The notes under the pieces were generated by a model. That model saw only the letters and a program-made list of their open reading frames with translations, did no database searches and was not told the origin of the DNA. Below are positions 49,441 through 58,208 of a DNA stretch of 64,000 nt, in pieces (position 1 is the first letter of the stretch; every line of letters starts with the position of its first letter). The position numbers and the translations under genes are program-made. Source of the stretch: an uncultured Solirubrobacterales bacterium (GTDB lineage Bacteria > Actinomycetota > Thermoleophilia > Solirubrobacterales > 70-9); NCBI GenBank assembly GCA_963778715.1, contig CAVZVK010000005.1:2698-66697 (forward strand), read 5' to 3'.

Positions 49441-50825
49441 CGCCGTCCCCGATGGCGGAATCGGGCGCCGGCCCATTCGAGGCTCGGGCGACGACAAGGA
49501 TCGCGGCATCGTCGTCGGGCGCGCCCGCGATGAAGGCGCGCAGCGCGACTTCGAGGCGCTGCACGGCGTGCGCCGGGTTGCCGGCGCCGGCGAGCTCGGC
49601 GTGCAGCCGCTGCTCGCCGAAGCGTCCCGTCCTCGCCGTTCGCCTCGATGATCCCGTCGGTAACCAGAACCAGCTGCTGGCCCGGCTCGATCGTCTGCTC
49701 GCTGATCTGCCACTGGACGTCGCTGAAGGCGCCGAGCACAGGGTCGGCGCTGGCCGCCTCGGTGACCTCGTCGCCGTCGATCAGGAGCGGCGGCGGGTGG
49801 CCGGCAACGGCGATCCGCACCGGCTCAGCGCGGGTCCTCGCTGAGACCGAGCGCGGCGATGCTGCAGAGCGAAGCGTCCTGGCGCGCCAGCAGGGCGCGG
49901 TTGAGCGTCGTCAGGGCAACCAGCGGGTCGTCGGTCAGCTGGGCGGCGGTGCGCAGCGTGTAGCGGGCAAGCGCGGTGATCGAGGCGGCGCGGGCGCCGC
50001 GGCCGGTGACGTCGCCGATCACCAACATCCAGCCGCCGGCGACCCGGAAGGCGTCGTAGAAGTCCCCGCCGACCTCGTTCTCGGCCCCCGCCGGCCGGTA
50101 CATCGCCGCCAGCGACCAGCCCGGGATGTGAGGCAGTGGCGGTGGCAGCAGACCGCGCTGCAGCGTTTCGGCGATCTCGGCGCGCGCCCCTTCGGCCCGC
50201 TCGAGGTCGGCGAAGAGGCCGCTGTTGTCGAGGGCGAGGGCAACGCGGCCTGAGAGGACCCAGGCGAAGCGCGCGTCATCGGCGCGGTAGCGGCGGCCCG
50301 ACCAGGCCACGCCGAGGGTGAGGGCGCCCTTGACCTGGCGCGCGCGCCTGCAGGGCGACGGTGATCGCCGACGTGACACCAATCCCGCGCAGGAACTCGA
50401 GGTCGTCCTCGTCGTGGGAGATCTCGCGCAGGTCCTGCTCGGACATGCGCTCGAAGAAACGCGGCCGCAGCGCCGCCGCGTCCTCGCCCTCGACCATCGG
50501 CTCCGGCAGCGACGGGCTGGCGCTCCCAGAGGCCCCGCTCAACCTCCGGTCCGGCCCCCGGGCGCCACCCTGAGCGCCGCCCGGCGCGGTTGCTCTTGAT
50601 CGATCACGTCAATCGCGCAGAAGTCAGCGACGTAGGCACGAGGATGTCGCAGATCGCGTCGAAGGTCTCCTCCAGGGAGCCGGCCGCGTCGGAGACCGCG
50701 GCGATTTCGGCGAGGATCTGGAAACGCCGCTGGGCCCTGCGACCGCGGGCAACCAAAACAGTCAGCCAAGCGGCGAGCGCCCCCAGCGCGACGGCGAGCC
50801 CCCCGATGACGAACCAGTCCCACAC
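49433..50825 (-). pseudogene. membrane-anchored GAF + PP2C (SpoIIE/RsbU-like) phosphatase, about 4 apparent frameshifts
   Basis: TM MWDWFVIGGLAVALGALAAWLTVLV (ORF 50604..50825). GAF-like pieces (50276..50542). PP2C block YRPAGAENEVGGDFYDAF...MLVIGDVTGRGARAA (49825..50382) and VAGHPPPLL...LVLVTDGIIEA (49329..49820). The stop overlaps the SnoaL start. Confidence 0.75.
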
Positions 50826-50858
50826 GCCACCGACTCTACGTCGGAACGGGGTTGAGCG

Positions 50859-51971
50859 CTAAGGCGCTTCGCGCAGGGCGCGGGCGCTGGCGCGCGGAAC
50901 GGTGCGGGAATCGCCGCCGGTCCAGGCGTTGAAGCGATACCAGGAGGGCTTGGCTTCGCGATTCGCGGTGAGCAGGCCGGCGGAGTCGCAGAACTGGCAG
51001 GAGCCCGCCTGGTCGGCCCAGGAGAACCACCAAACGCCGCCGATGTTCCAGCGCCCCCGGTTGCCCGTCAGCATCGCGAAGGCGCGATCGAGTTCCCGCG
51101 CCTGGCCCTGTGCCCCGCGCTCCCAGCGCGACTCGAAGCCGGCTGAGCCCCAGCCCATCTCGGTGACGTAGAACGGCGTCCGCGCGTCACCGTTGAAGGT
51201 CATGATCCGCCGCAAGTTTTCGATCTCGGCTTCCATCGCGCCGGCGTCTGCCACATACGGATGCAGGGCGACGCCGTCGAAGTAGCGCTTGATCCCGGGC
51301 ACCCGGTAGAGCTGGGAGAGGAATGCCCCGGACTGGACGTTGGGCGGGGTCTGCAGTGGCCGGCCGAAGAGCCCGCCGAGGATCACGGTCGAGCCCGGGT
51401 CGGCGCGGTGGAGGATGCGGCCCGAGATCTCGACCAGGCGGGCGAAGCGGGTGGCGTCGGGTTCCTTGGAGAAGGTGACGATGTTCTCCTCGTTCCAGAT
51501 CTCCCACTGGCGCACCGGCAGCCGCGGCAGTTCGCGGTTTTCGCGCCAGAAGCGGCCATTTGGCCCGTAGCGGAGCTCCGCGCCGCGCAGGAAGCGGGCC
51601 CACTCCTGGCGCTGGCGAGCGTTCGTGACCGGTTCACCGCCGAGCCGCGGTGAGACCCAGCTGGGCGTGCCCCAGACAAAGGGGAATGCCGTCAGCCCGT
51701 TTTCGGCCGCCAGGGCCACCTGCTCGTCGAACTCCGACCAGTCCGGGTCGAAGCGTTCCGAGGCCCGCGGCTCCAGTTCCGCCCAGTTCATCGGCAGGCG
51801 GACGCTTTCGACCCCGGCCTCTGCCATCAGTTCGTAGTCGGACGCGTCGGTAACGCCCTGGGGCGACATGCCGAAGAACCCACGCGGCGGCACGCCGGCT
51901 CGCGAACCCGCCATGGCGGGCGTCAGCGCAAGCAGCGCCACGGTCAGAGGTATGAGCAGGAGCTTCCGCAT
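50859..51971 (-). CDS. secreted TIM-barrel glycoside hydrolase (clan GH-A like)
   Basis: ATG 51971 within ORF 50859..52109. Signal peptide MRKLLLIPLTVALLALTPAMA. The WEIWNEEN acid/base-type motif and VTEMGW nucleophile-type motif. Uninterrupted. Confidence 0.7.
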   Translation of the reverse strand: MRKLLLIPLTVALLALTPAMAGSRAGVPPRGFFGMSPQGVTDASDYELMAEAGVESVRLPMNWAELEPRASERFDPDWSEFDEQVALAAENGLTAFPFVWGTPSWVSPRLGGEPVTNARQRQEWARFLRGAELRYGPNGRFWRENRELPRLPVRQWEIWNEENIVTFSKEPDATRFARLVEISGRILHRADPGSTVILGGLFGRPLQTPPNVQSGAFLSQLYRVPGIKRYFDGVALHPYVADAGAMEAEIENLRRIMTFNGDARTPFYVTEMGWGSAGFESRWERGAQGQARELDRAFAMLTGNRGRWNIGGVWWFSWADQAGSCQFCDSAGLLTANREAKPSWYRFNAWTGGDSRTVPRASARALREAP

Positions 51972-52083
51972 CGATCCCAACAGATGACCCGAGGGGCGAG
52001 CGAAAGTAGCGGCTCGATCCAGACCTCGGCCTACGACCACGAAATGATCGCATGGATCGAGGCGGGAACCGCGTTCGTCCCTT

Positions 52084-52482
52084 GTCAGCCCACCAGTCGC
52101 GCTGGCCATCGACGTCCTCGCGCGGAGCCTCGCCGAGATTGGGCGCGCCGATGACGAGGATCTCGAGGCCCTCCGGCCCGGCCTCGTAGCCTCGCCACGT
52201 ACCGGGCGGGACGCGCACCGCGTCCCATTCCGTGAGCTCGACGATCTCGTCGTCGAGCTTCATCCGCCCGCTCCCGCGCAGGACCACGTACACCTCCTCC
52301 TGCTTCTTGTGCGTGTGGCCGTACGGAAAGCGATAGCCGGGCGGGACGCGCTGGTAGCTCAGGCCGGATTTCTCGAGCTCGAGCGCCACGGTCGCCAAGC
52401 GGAACTCCAGGTCCGGCGCGCCGTCGAACCTGGACCCGAGATCCTCCAGGTCCTCCTTGAGGTTCCTGAGCGTGAACGGCAC
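52084..52482 (-). CDS. cupin-domain protein (3' end uncertain)
   Basis: The upper part of ORF 51634..52482 reads PPGYRFPYGHTHKKQEEVYVVLRGSGRMKLDDEIVELTEWDAVRVPPG. The ORF then runs about 450 nt further across the next gene in another frame. I treat that part as read-through. Confidence 0.6.
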
Positions 52483-52561
52483 GGCGCAATCCTATGGCAC
52501 CCCTGGCTGGGGTCGCCGATCGAATGCGTCAAGCGCCGCGGTGCCGGGTTCCGCGAAAATC

Positions 52562-52577
52562 ATCGGGGCGCCCGGAT
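52562..52577. repeat. distal att-like repeat ATCGGGGCGCCCGGAT (copy of the tRNA-Pro 3' end)
   Basis: Exact 16-nt match to 55218..55233, read directly. Confidence 0.8.
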
Positions 52578-52915
52578 CGATTTGGCTCTGGCAAAGACCA
52601 GAAGGACGGCCATGCATCACCCCCGGCATCACGCAGTGCCCGACGCGACATGACACGACGCTTTGATTTGACGTCCGTCACGACGCTGCTTCCTGCACGC
52701 TAAGTGGGTGGCAGGGTCAATCTCACCCAACCGATCGTGGTGTTCGGAGCATCAGACCTCAGGTAAGGCTTCTCGCATACAGAGAAATGAATTTCCCCAG
52801 ATCACGATGCGGGAGACGCGGCGGGGCATTCGCCCCGCCGCTCCCATGTCACAGTGGGGCAGCCTTTAGCGACTGGTGCACCTCGACTGAGGGCTCCCGC
52901 GACCGAAGAGCGTAG

Positions 52916-52939
52916 CTTTGGCTGAGCGCTCAGCCAAAG
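52916..52939. terminator. perfect 24-nt palindrome CTTTGGCTGAGCGCTCAGCCAAAG
   Basis: Lies immediately downstream (minus strand) of the TAA stop at 52940..52942. Confidence 0.55.
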
Positions 52940-53714
52940 TTAGGAACCCTCGGCCAGTTCGGAAATCTCCGATAGCACCTCAACGTCAATGACGTCCCGC
53001 CCCGCGTGCCGCTTGGTCCCGCACAGCGGACATGTCTCGATCGGCTCGTCCAAGGCCTCGTGCAGCCGCTGGTGTAGGACAACTACGACTGAGAGCAACT
53101 CGGTAGCGTTGCGCAGGACATCGGGCCACAACGTTAGTGGGATCTTCGTCGCCTCGCCACGTTCGTATCGCGCGGTGTCATCCTCCAAGAAACGGTTCAC
53201 GCCCAGCACCACCTCGACCGCGTCCTTTAGGTTGTTCCGGGTCTTCAAAAAGTCCACATAGGTAGACTTTTCTTTGAGCTAGAGCGGCTTCAGCGCGCCG
53301 TTCGCGCCTATCGTGCTCACGCTCGGCATCGATCCCTTTCGCGCGAGCTCGCGCCCGCCGCCACGCCCGCCGCTGATCAATGCTCTCGGTCAGCACGCGG
53401 TTCACTTCGCTGTCCTCTAGTAGCACGGTGGCGATTGCCACCCGCTCATCGAGGCTGACGTCGGCAAGCTTTCTCCGGCGCGGCGGCTTCTGGGCCGCAG
53501 CCTGTCGAACCTCCTCCTGGCGCTCCGCCGGCGTCGCCACCCAGCCACCGTGGCCGTCTGGCTCCACGAGACCCTTTCGATAAAGACGTAGGCGAGCTGG
53601 TCGAATAGCGCCGTCCGGCAGGTCGATCGCTGCGCACAACTGCTTGTCGGTCACCGGCCCTTGGGTTCGGACTATGTCCAGAACCAACTGCATTGAAGTC
53701 CCTAGCTTCTCCAT
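52940..53714 (-). pseudogene. hypothetical winged-helix protein with a charged coiled region and a C-terminal CPLCG motif; two overlapping ORFs join with one frameshift near 53270
   Basis: ORF 53178..53714 (LVLDIVRTQGPVTDKQLCAAI...RLRLYRKGLVEP) ends in Gly/Arg-rich junk. The other frame continues KEKSTYVDFLKTRNNLKDAVEVV... (ORF 52940..53257). Confidence 0.5.
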
Positions 53715-53773
53715 GATGCAATCCCCTTGTGGGTCGATGGGGCGCCGGACGTTGCCGGCGCCCCCAGCGCCTC

Positions 53774-54025
53774 CTAGGCCGCTTCCTTGGAATCACCCGT
53801 TTTCGTCGGCAGTGCCGCCTCGGTCCGGCGGATACCCTTGCCGAGCTCCTTAAGCACGCGCCCCTGGAGCTCAGGATGCCGCAGCAGCAGCATGTCCACG
53901 TGCTTTCTGAGGTTGTCGGCCTTGCGTACCAAGGCCTCCACCTCGCCGCTCATGCTGTCCTCCATGATCAGCGTCGAGTCGTTCGTGAGGTAGGCCCCGC
54001 TCACCGGGTCTGCTCCACGCATCAC
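53774..54025 (-). CDS. hypothetical protein (83 aa)
   Basis: ORF with a GTG start. The frame stays open and protein-like upstream (…DGWIQRRLADEGSTLVLCRAQ), so the true start may be further upstream. Confidence 0.4.
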   Translation of the reverse strand: MMRGADPVSGAYLTNDSTLIMEDSMSGEVEALVRKADNLRKHVDMLLLRHPELQGRVLKELGKGIRRTEAALPTKTGDSKEAA

Positions 54026-54123
54026 CTGAGCACGACAGAGGACCAGCGTGGAACCTTCGTCCGCGAGCCGGCGCTGGATCCAGCCGTCAGGCTTCGCCTG
54101 GGTCAGCCCCCAGACTTCGCGCT

Positions 54124-54415
54124 TTAGCTTTTGTACGTGGCCTGGTCCTCGGGCTCCAGTGATTCGACGTCTCCGTCAGCACCGGGACCCTTGGGGAAAA
54201 CGGCCGTGTACAGCTCCCCCTGAGTGATCGCGTTGGCCGCCTTGTCCAGCTTGCTGGTCGCGACCTTGTCACCAAACGCCTCGAAGGCGGCCTCCTTCAT
54301 TGCCTTCGTATCGCGCCGAACTTCGCCGTCGCTCTCGCCGGTGTAGCCCTCGGCCTCGTACGCAGCAGTGACGCGGCGGTTCAACCTCGTCATCGAACGG
54401 GTTCAAGAACTTCAT
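54124..54415 (-). pseudogene. hypothetical small acidic protein, probable frameshift near 54385
   Basis: GGAGA lies 7 nt upstream of ATG 54415 (MKFLNPFDDE...). This then joins ORF 54124..54393 (…NRRVTAAYEAEGYTGESDGEVRRDTKAMKEAAFEAF…). Confidence 0.4.
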
Positions 54416-54621
54416 TTCATTTCTCCTTGGTGTACTCGGCTCTGAAGGGCCGGTAGTGCAATCGGATAGATGAGGAAGCGCTTAACAGCACGCGGCCGAG
54501 GCGAGCGAAGCTGCCATCGGCAGTTGATCCATCTTGAACTCCTCCCTGGGGCACCCCTAAGGGTGGTGCAGTCAAAGGATTGGCAAAGCTAGAAGCGAGA
54601 ATAGCATCGCCTCACGGGGGA

Positions 54622-54938
54622 TCAGATGCCGAGGACCAGCGCGAGTGCTTCGTTAACGGCTCGGAGCTCGCCCGCGTCGAGGCGCCCAGCGGACCGCCCG
54701 AGACGTCCGGGTCAACGACCGTGGTTTGCTCGACGAGGACCCGGGTCTCCGTGTCGTCCAGTGAGATCGTTGGTCGGAAGGTCGCCGGACGAGCGCTGGT
54801 AGACGTAGGAGCGACCAGCGTTGTGCTCAGGGCCATGAACTCGTCTGCCTGAACCACGACGGCGTAACGGGCGCCCTCCTGCTCTCTCCCTCGCGCACCC
54901 CGCGGGGATGGCAGGCGGAAGATCTCGCCGCGAACCAC
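54622..54938 (-). pseudogene. MazF/PemK-family endoribonuclease toxin, one apparent frameshift near 54700
   Basis: VRGEIFRLPSPRGARGREQEGARYAVVVQADEF...VLVEQTTVVDP (ORF 54612..54938). A shifted frame gives the typical tail GRLDAGELRAVNEALALVLGI with TGA at 54622..54624. Confidence 0.75.
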
Positions 54939-55184
54939 CTAGTTAACGGGGTCTGGCGCTAGCTCTGCCATTTGCTCGCGAATGAGGCCCATCTCGTCTC
55001 GGTCTGCTTCGTCAACGGCCAGCCGCTCGACCTCCGCGGCGATCGACGAGCGCGCCCGGCGTCGGGCGGCAGACTCCAGGAGCGCGGCTCTAACCGCCTC
55101 GGAGTCGGTCATCGAGCCTCCGCGCACGATCCGCAGGGCGGCTGCGGAGCTGTCGTCCAAGCGAACATGGAGCGAGTGACTCAT
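54939..55184 (-). CDS. ribbon-helix-helix (CopG/MazE-like) antitoxin
   Basis: 81-aa ORF directly abutting the toxin start. HSLHVRLDDSSAAALRIV...SEAVRAALLESAARRR. Confidence 0.7.
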   Translation of the reverse strand: MSHSLHVRLDDSSAAALRIVRGGSMTDSEAVRAALLESAARRRARSSIAAEVERLAVDEADRDEMGLIREQMAELAPDPVN

Positions 55185-55193
55185 GAGATGAAC

Positions 55194-55212
55194 GTAGCAC
55201 AGATCGTGCTAC
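55194..55212. promoter_or_regulatory. palindrome GTAGCAC-AGATC-GTGCTAC upstream of the antitoxin gene (candidate autoregulatory operator)
   Basis: 7-bp arms with a 5-bp spacer, 10 bp upstream of the antitoxin ATG (55184). Confidence 0.4.
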
Positions 55213-55218
55213 AGAATA

Positions 55219-55292
55219 TCGGGGCGCCCGGATTTGAACCGGGGACCTCACCGACCCGAACGGTGCGCGCTACCAGGCTGCGCCACGCCCCG
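55219..55292 (-). tRNA. tRNA-Pro (anticodon CGG)
   Basis: The reverse complement CGGGGCGTGGCGCAGCCTGGTAGCGCGCACCGTTCGGGTCGGTGAGGTCCCCGGTTCAAATCCGGGCGCCCCGA folds as a 74-nt cloverleaf. Anticodon loop TTCGGGT. No encoded CCA. Confidence 0.9.
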
Positions 55293-55324
55293 AGAGGCGG
55301 CGATTATCCCAGACGGGCCGGGGA

Positions 55325-56032
55325 CTACTGGACGGCTTCGATCGCGGCTTCGATCTGGGCCAGGCTGGGGCCGTCCTGAAGGGTCCGGGTGCCGTCCGGG
55401 CCGCTGACGATCGCCGCCTGGCGGGTGCGGATGCCGAGGTCCCGTGCCGAGTTCGTCGTAGCCTTCGAGCGCTGGCTGATCGCGCCGTCGGAGCCGCCGT
55501 CTTCTTCGAGGTCTTCCAGCCATTCGGGCTCGTTCAGTTCCTCGATCCCGCCGGCCACCGAGTCGAGGAAGTCCTGGTCGATGCCGAAGCGTTCGGCTTC
55601 GTCCTGATTGCGGAAGAAGAGGTAGGTGTACTGCCAGCCGTAGCCCTGTTCGGCCGCCGCTTCGGCGCCGTAGAAGCCGAGCTCCAGCGGGCTTTCGGTG
55701 ACCGAGTAGTGGCGGTAGAGCAGCTTCACGTCGCCGGGCCGGGCGTAGTTGTCGACCAGGCCGGGGATCGTGCTGAGGAAGTCCTCGCGGCAGCTCGAGC
55801 ACTGCAGGTCGTTGAAGACCTGGATCGAGACCGGGGCGTCGGAGGAGCCGAGCCGGTCGCCTTCCTGGGGCACCCCGCCGAAGATTTCCTGCGCTTCGGC
55901 GATGCCGGCGATGTGGACGACGTTGCGGCCCGGCCTTCTGGGTGGCGATGTGACGACGCGTAGCCGAGCGCGAGCAGCGGCGAGGGCGAGGGCCAGGACG
56001 ACCCAGATCCGGCCCCGCCGCGGGATCGGCAT
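55325..56032 (-). CDS. DsbA-family thioredoxin-fold protein, membrane-anchored or secreted
   Basis: 235-aa ORF. N-terminal hydrophobic RIWVVLALALAAA. CxxC active site in VFNDLQCSSCRED. Confidence 0.75.
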   Translation of the reverse strand: MPIPRRGRIWVVLALALAAARARLRVVTSPPRRPGRNVVHIAGIAEAQEIFGGVPQEGDRLGSSDAPVSIQVFNDLQCSSCREDFLSTIPGLVDNYARPGDVKLLYRHYSVTESPLELGFYGAEAAAEQGYGWQYTYLFFRNQDEAERFGIDQDFLDSVAGGIEELNEPEWLEDLEEDGGSDGAISQRSKATTNSARDLGIRTRQAAIVSGPDGTRTLQDGPSLAQIEAAIEAVQ

Positions 56033-56184
56033 GGCCGGCCGGCTCGCTTCTCGACGGTCGCGGCATCGCCATTATCGCGACTCGGGCCCGGCGGATACCC
56101 GCAACCTGCGCCGAGGCGGATTGACACGTCCGCGTCAGGGGTAAATATCGTCCTACCCGATTTCAACTACAAGGGAGGTCCGCC

Positions 56185-56372
56185 GTGGCCAATCACCTGA
56201 CCCCGTCCGAGCTTGCCGACGAGCTTCACATGAAGCGGCAGGAGGTGATCGGCAAGTGCGTGGAGATGGGCATCCCGATCTTCCACGGCCGCATCGACAA
56301 GACCCTCTTCCAGACCTCGCTGCGCAGCATCGCCGCGGGCCAGCCGCTGAGGCACGACCGCGCGCCGACTAG
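56185..56372 (+). CDS. small helix-turn-helix-like protein (3' end uncertain)
   Basis: AAGGGAGG lies 6 nt upstream of GTG 56185. ANHLTPSELADELHMKRQEVIGKCVEMGIPIFHGRIDKTLF. ORF 56185..56562 runs on into the next gene, so a lost stop is likely (out-of-frame TAG at 56370). Confidence 0.45.
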
Positions 56373-56398
56373 CCACTTAACTAGACTCCCCCCCGCAT

Positions 56399-58187
56399 GT
56401 GGGGCGGGGAACCAAATCGGCCACGCTCGCGGACCTGCTGCCGCGCTCGGCCAAGGTCTACGGCGGCGCGCCCGCGGTCCGCTTCAAGGACGGCGAGCGA
56501 ATGGGTCAACCGCAGCTTCGACGAGGTGCTGGAGACCGTCCGCTCGCTCTCGCTCGGCCTGATCGACCTCGGCGTCGACAAGGGCGACAAGGTCTCGATC
56601 CTCGCCAACACCCGCCCCGAGTGGACCTACGTCGACTTCGCCGCGCTCTCGCCGGCGCCATGGTCGTGCCGATCTACCAGACCAACTCGCCCGAGGAGTG
56701 CCAGTACGTGCTGGAGAACTCCGACGCCAAGGTCGTCATCGTCGAGGACGACGAGCAGATGGAGAAGATCCGCGCGGTCCGCGACCGGCTGCCGCTGCTC
56801 GAGCACGTGGTGCGGATGACCGGCTCCAGCGAGGACGCGATCTCGCTCGACGGACCTCGCCGCCCGCGGCGCCGCGCGCGACGCCGCCGAGTGGGAGGCG
56901 CGCTATCGGTCGGTCGACCCCGGACGACATCTGCACCTTCATCTACACCTCCGGCACGACCGGGCCGCCCAAGGGCTGCGTGATCAGCCACGGCAACTAC
57001 CGCGCGATGCTCGACATGGTCAACGAGACCAGCGTGATCGAAGGCGGAAGACCTCACCTACCTCTACCTGCCCCTCGCCCACTCCTTCGCCCTGCTGATC
57101 CAGCTCGGCAGCTTCGACCTCGGCGCGACGATCGCCTACTGGGAGCGCGACCCGCTGAAGATCATGCCCAACCTGGCCGAGCTGAAGCCGACCTACTTCC
57201 CCTCGGTGCCGCGCATCTTCGAGAAGATCTACACCGCCGCGACCAGCGGCATGGAGAAAGAGGGCGGGCTCAAAAAGGCGATCTTCAACTGGGCGATCGG
57301 GGTCGGCGAGAAGATGCGCGCGGCCGAGCGCGCCGGCCGCAAGCCGGGCTTCCTGCTGCGCACGCAGTACGAGTTCGCCGACGAGCAGGTGCTGTCGAAG
57401 ATCCGCGGCCTCTTCGGCGGCAACCTGCGCCTCGCCGTCTCCGGCGCCGCGCCGATCAGCCCCGAGATCCTGCGCTTCTTCGACGCCGCCGGCGTGCTCG
57501 TGCTCGAGGGCTGGGGGATGACCGAGACCTCGACCGCGGCGACGATCTCCACCCCCGACGACTTCAAGGTCGGCACGATCGGCAAGCCGTTCCCCGGCTG
57601 CGAGGTCAAGATCGCCGAGGACGGCGAGATCCTGGTCAAGGGCCCCAACGTCTTCCAGGGCTACTACAAGAACGAGGAGGCGACCCGCGAGGCGATCGTC
57701 GACGGCTGGCTGCACACCGGCGACATCGGCGAGATCGACTCCGACGGCTTCATCAAGATCACCGGCCGCAAGAAGGACATCATCATCACCGCCGGCGGCA
57801 AGAACATCACCCCGGCCAACCTCGAGAACGAAATCAAGCAGCACCCGCTGGTCTCCCAGTGCGTCGTCGTCGGCGACCGCAAGCCCTACCTGGTCGCCCT
57901 GGTCACCCTCGACCCCGAAGAGGCGCGTCGCCTACGCCAAGGAGCACGGCCTGCCCGAGGACCCCGCGCAGCTGGCCGCCAACGCCGAGGTGCGCGCCGC
58001 GATCGAAGCCCACGTCGAAAAGATCAACGAGAAATTCGCCCGGGTCGAGCAGGTGAAGAAGATCGCGATCCTCCCCCGCGACCTCTCGCAGGAAAGCGGC
58101 GAGCTGACCCCGACGCTGAAGGTCAAGCGGGCGGTCGTCGCCAGCAAGCACGAGCACGAGATCGAGCAGCTCTACGCGGAGGCCTGA
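56399..58187 (+). pseudogene. long-chain fatty acid-CoA ligase (AMP-forming), about 5 apparent frameshifts
   Basis: Blocks over ORFs 56399.., 56397.., 56698.., 57164.. and 57990..58187: ICTFIYTSGTTGPPKG, EGWGMTETS, WLHTGDIGEIDSDGFIKITGRKKDIIITAGGKNI, and the C-terminal LTPTLKVKRAVV. Confidence 0.85.
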
Positions 58188-58208
58188 GGCGGCGGACGCC
58201 CCGGTCGG

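Larger units (their letters stand above)
52562..55233. mobile_element. integrated island 2 (about 2.7 kb) at the 3' end of tRNA-Pro, no recombinase gene
   Basis: A 16-bp direct repeat, ATCGGGGCGCCCGGAT, occurs at 52562..52577 and 55218..55233. The second copy is the 3' end of the tRNA. The interior is AT-richer and all genes are on the minus strand, including a MazEF-type pair. Confidence 0.65.

Noticed and set aside
51634-52083. C-terminal 150 codons of the cupin ORF 51634..52482
   Set aside because: This part overlaps the glycoside hydrolase gene on the same strand in another frame, and its translation is Arg/Gly-rich. It is probably read-through after a lost stop.
56121-56147. Sigma-70-like promoter (TTGACA at 56121 plus TAAATA/TATCGT) upstream of the small HTH gene
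   Set aside because: The -35 hexamer is perfect, but no -10 candidate has both a good sequence and a 16-18 bp spacer (the spacers come out at 15 or 19). I cannot support it from sequence alone.
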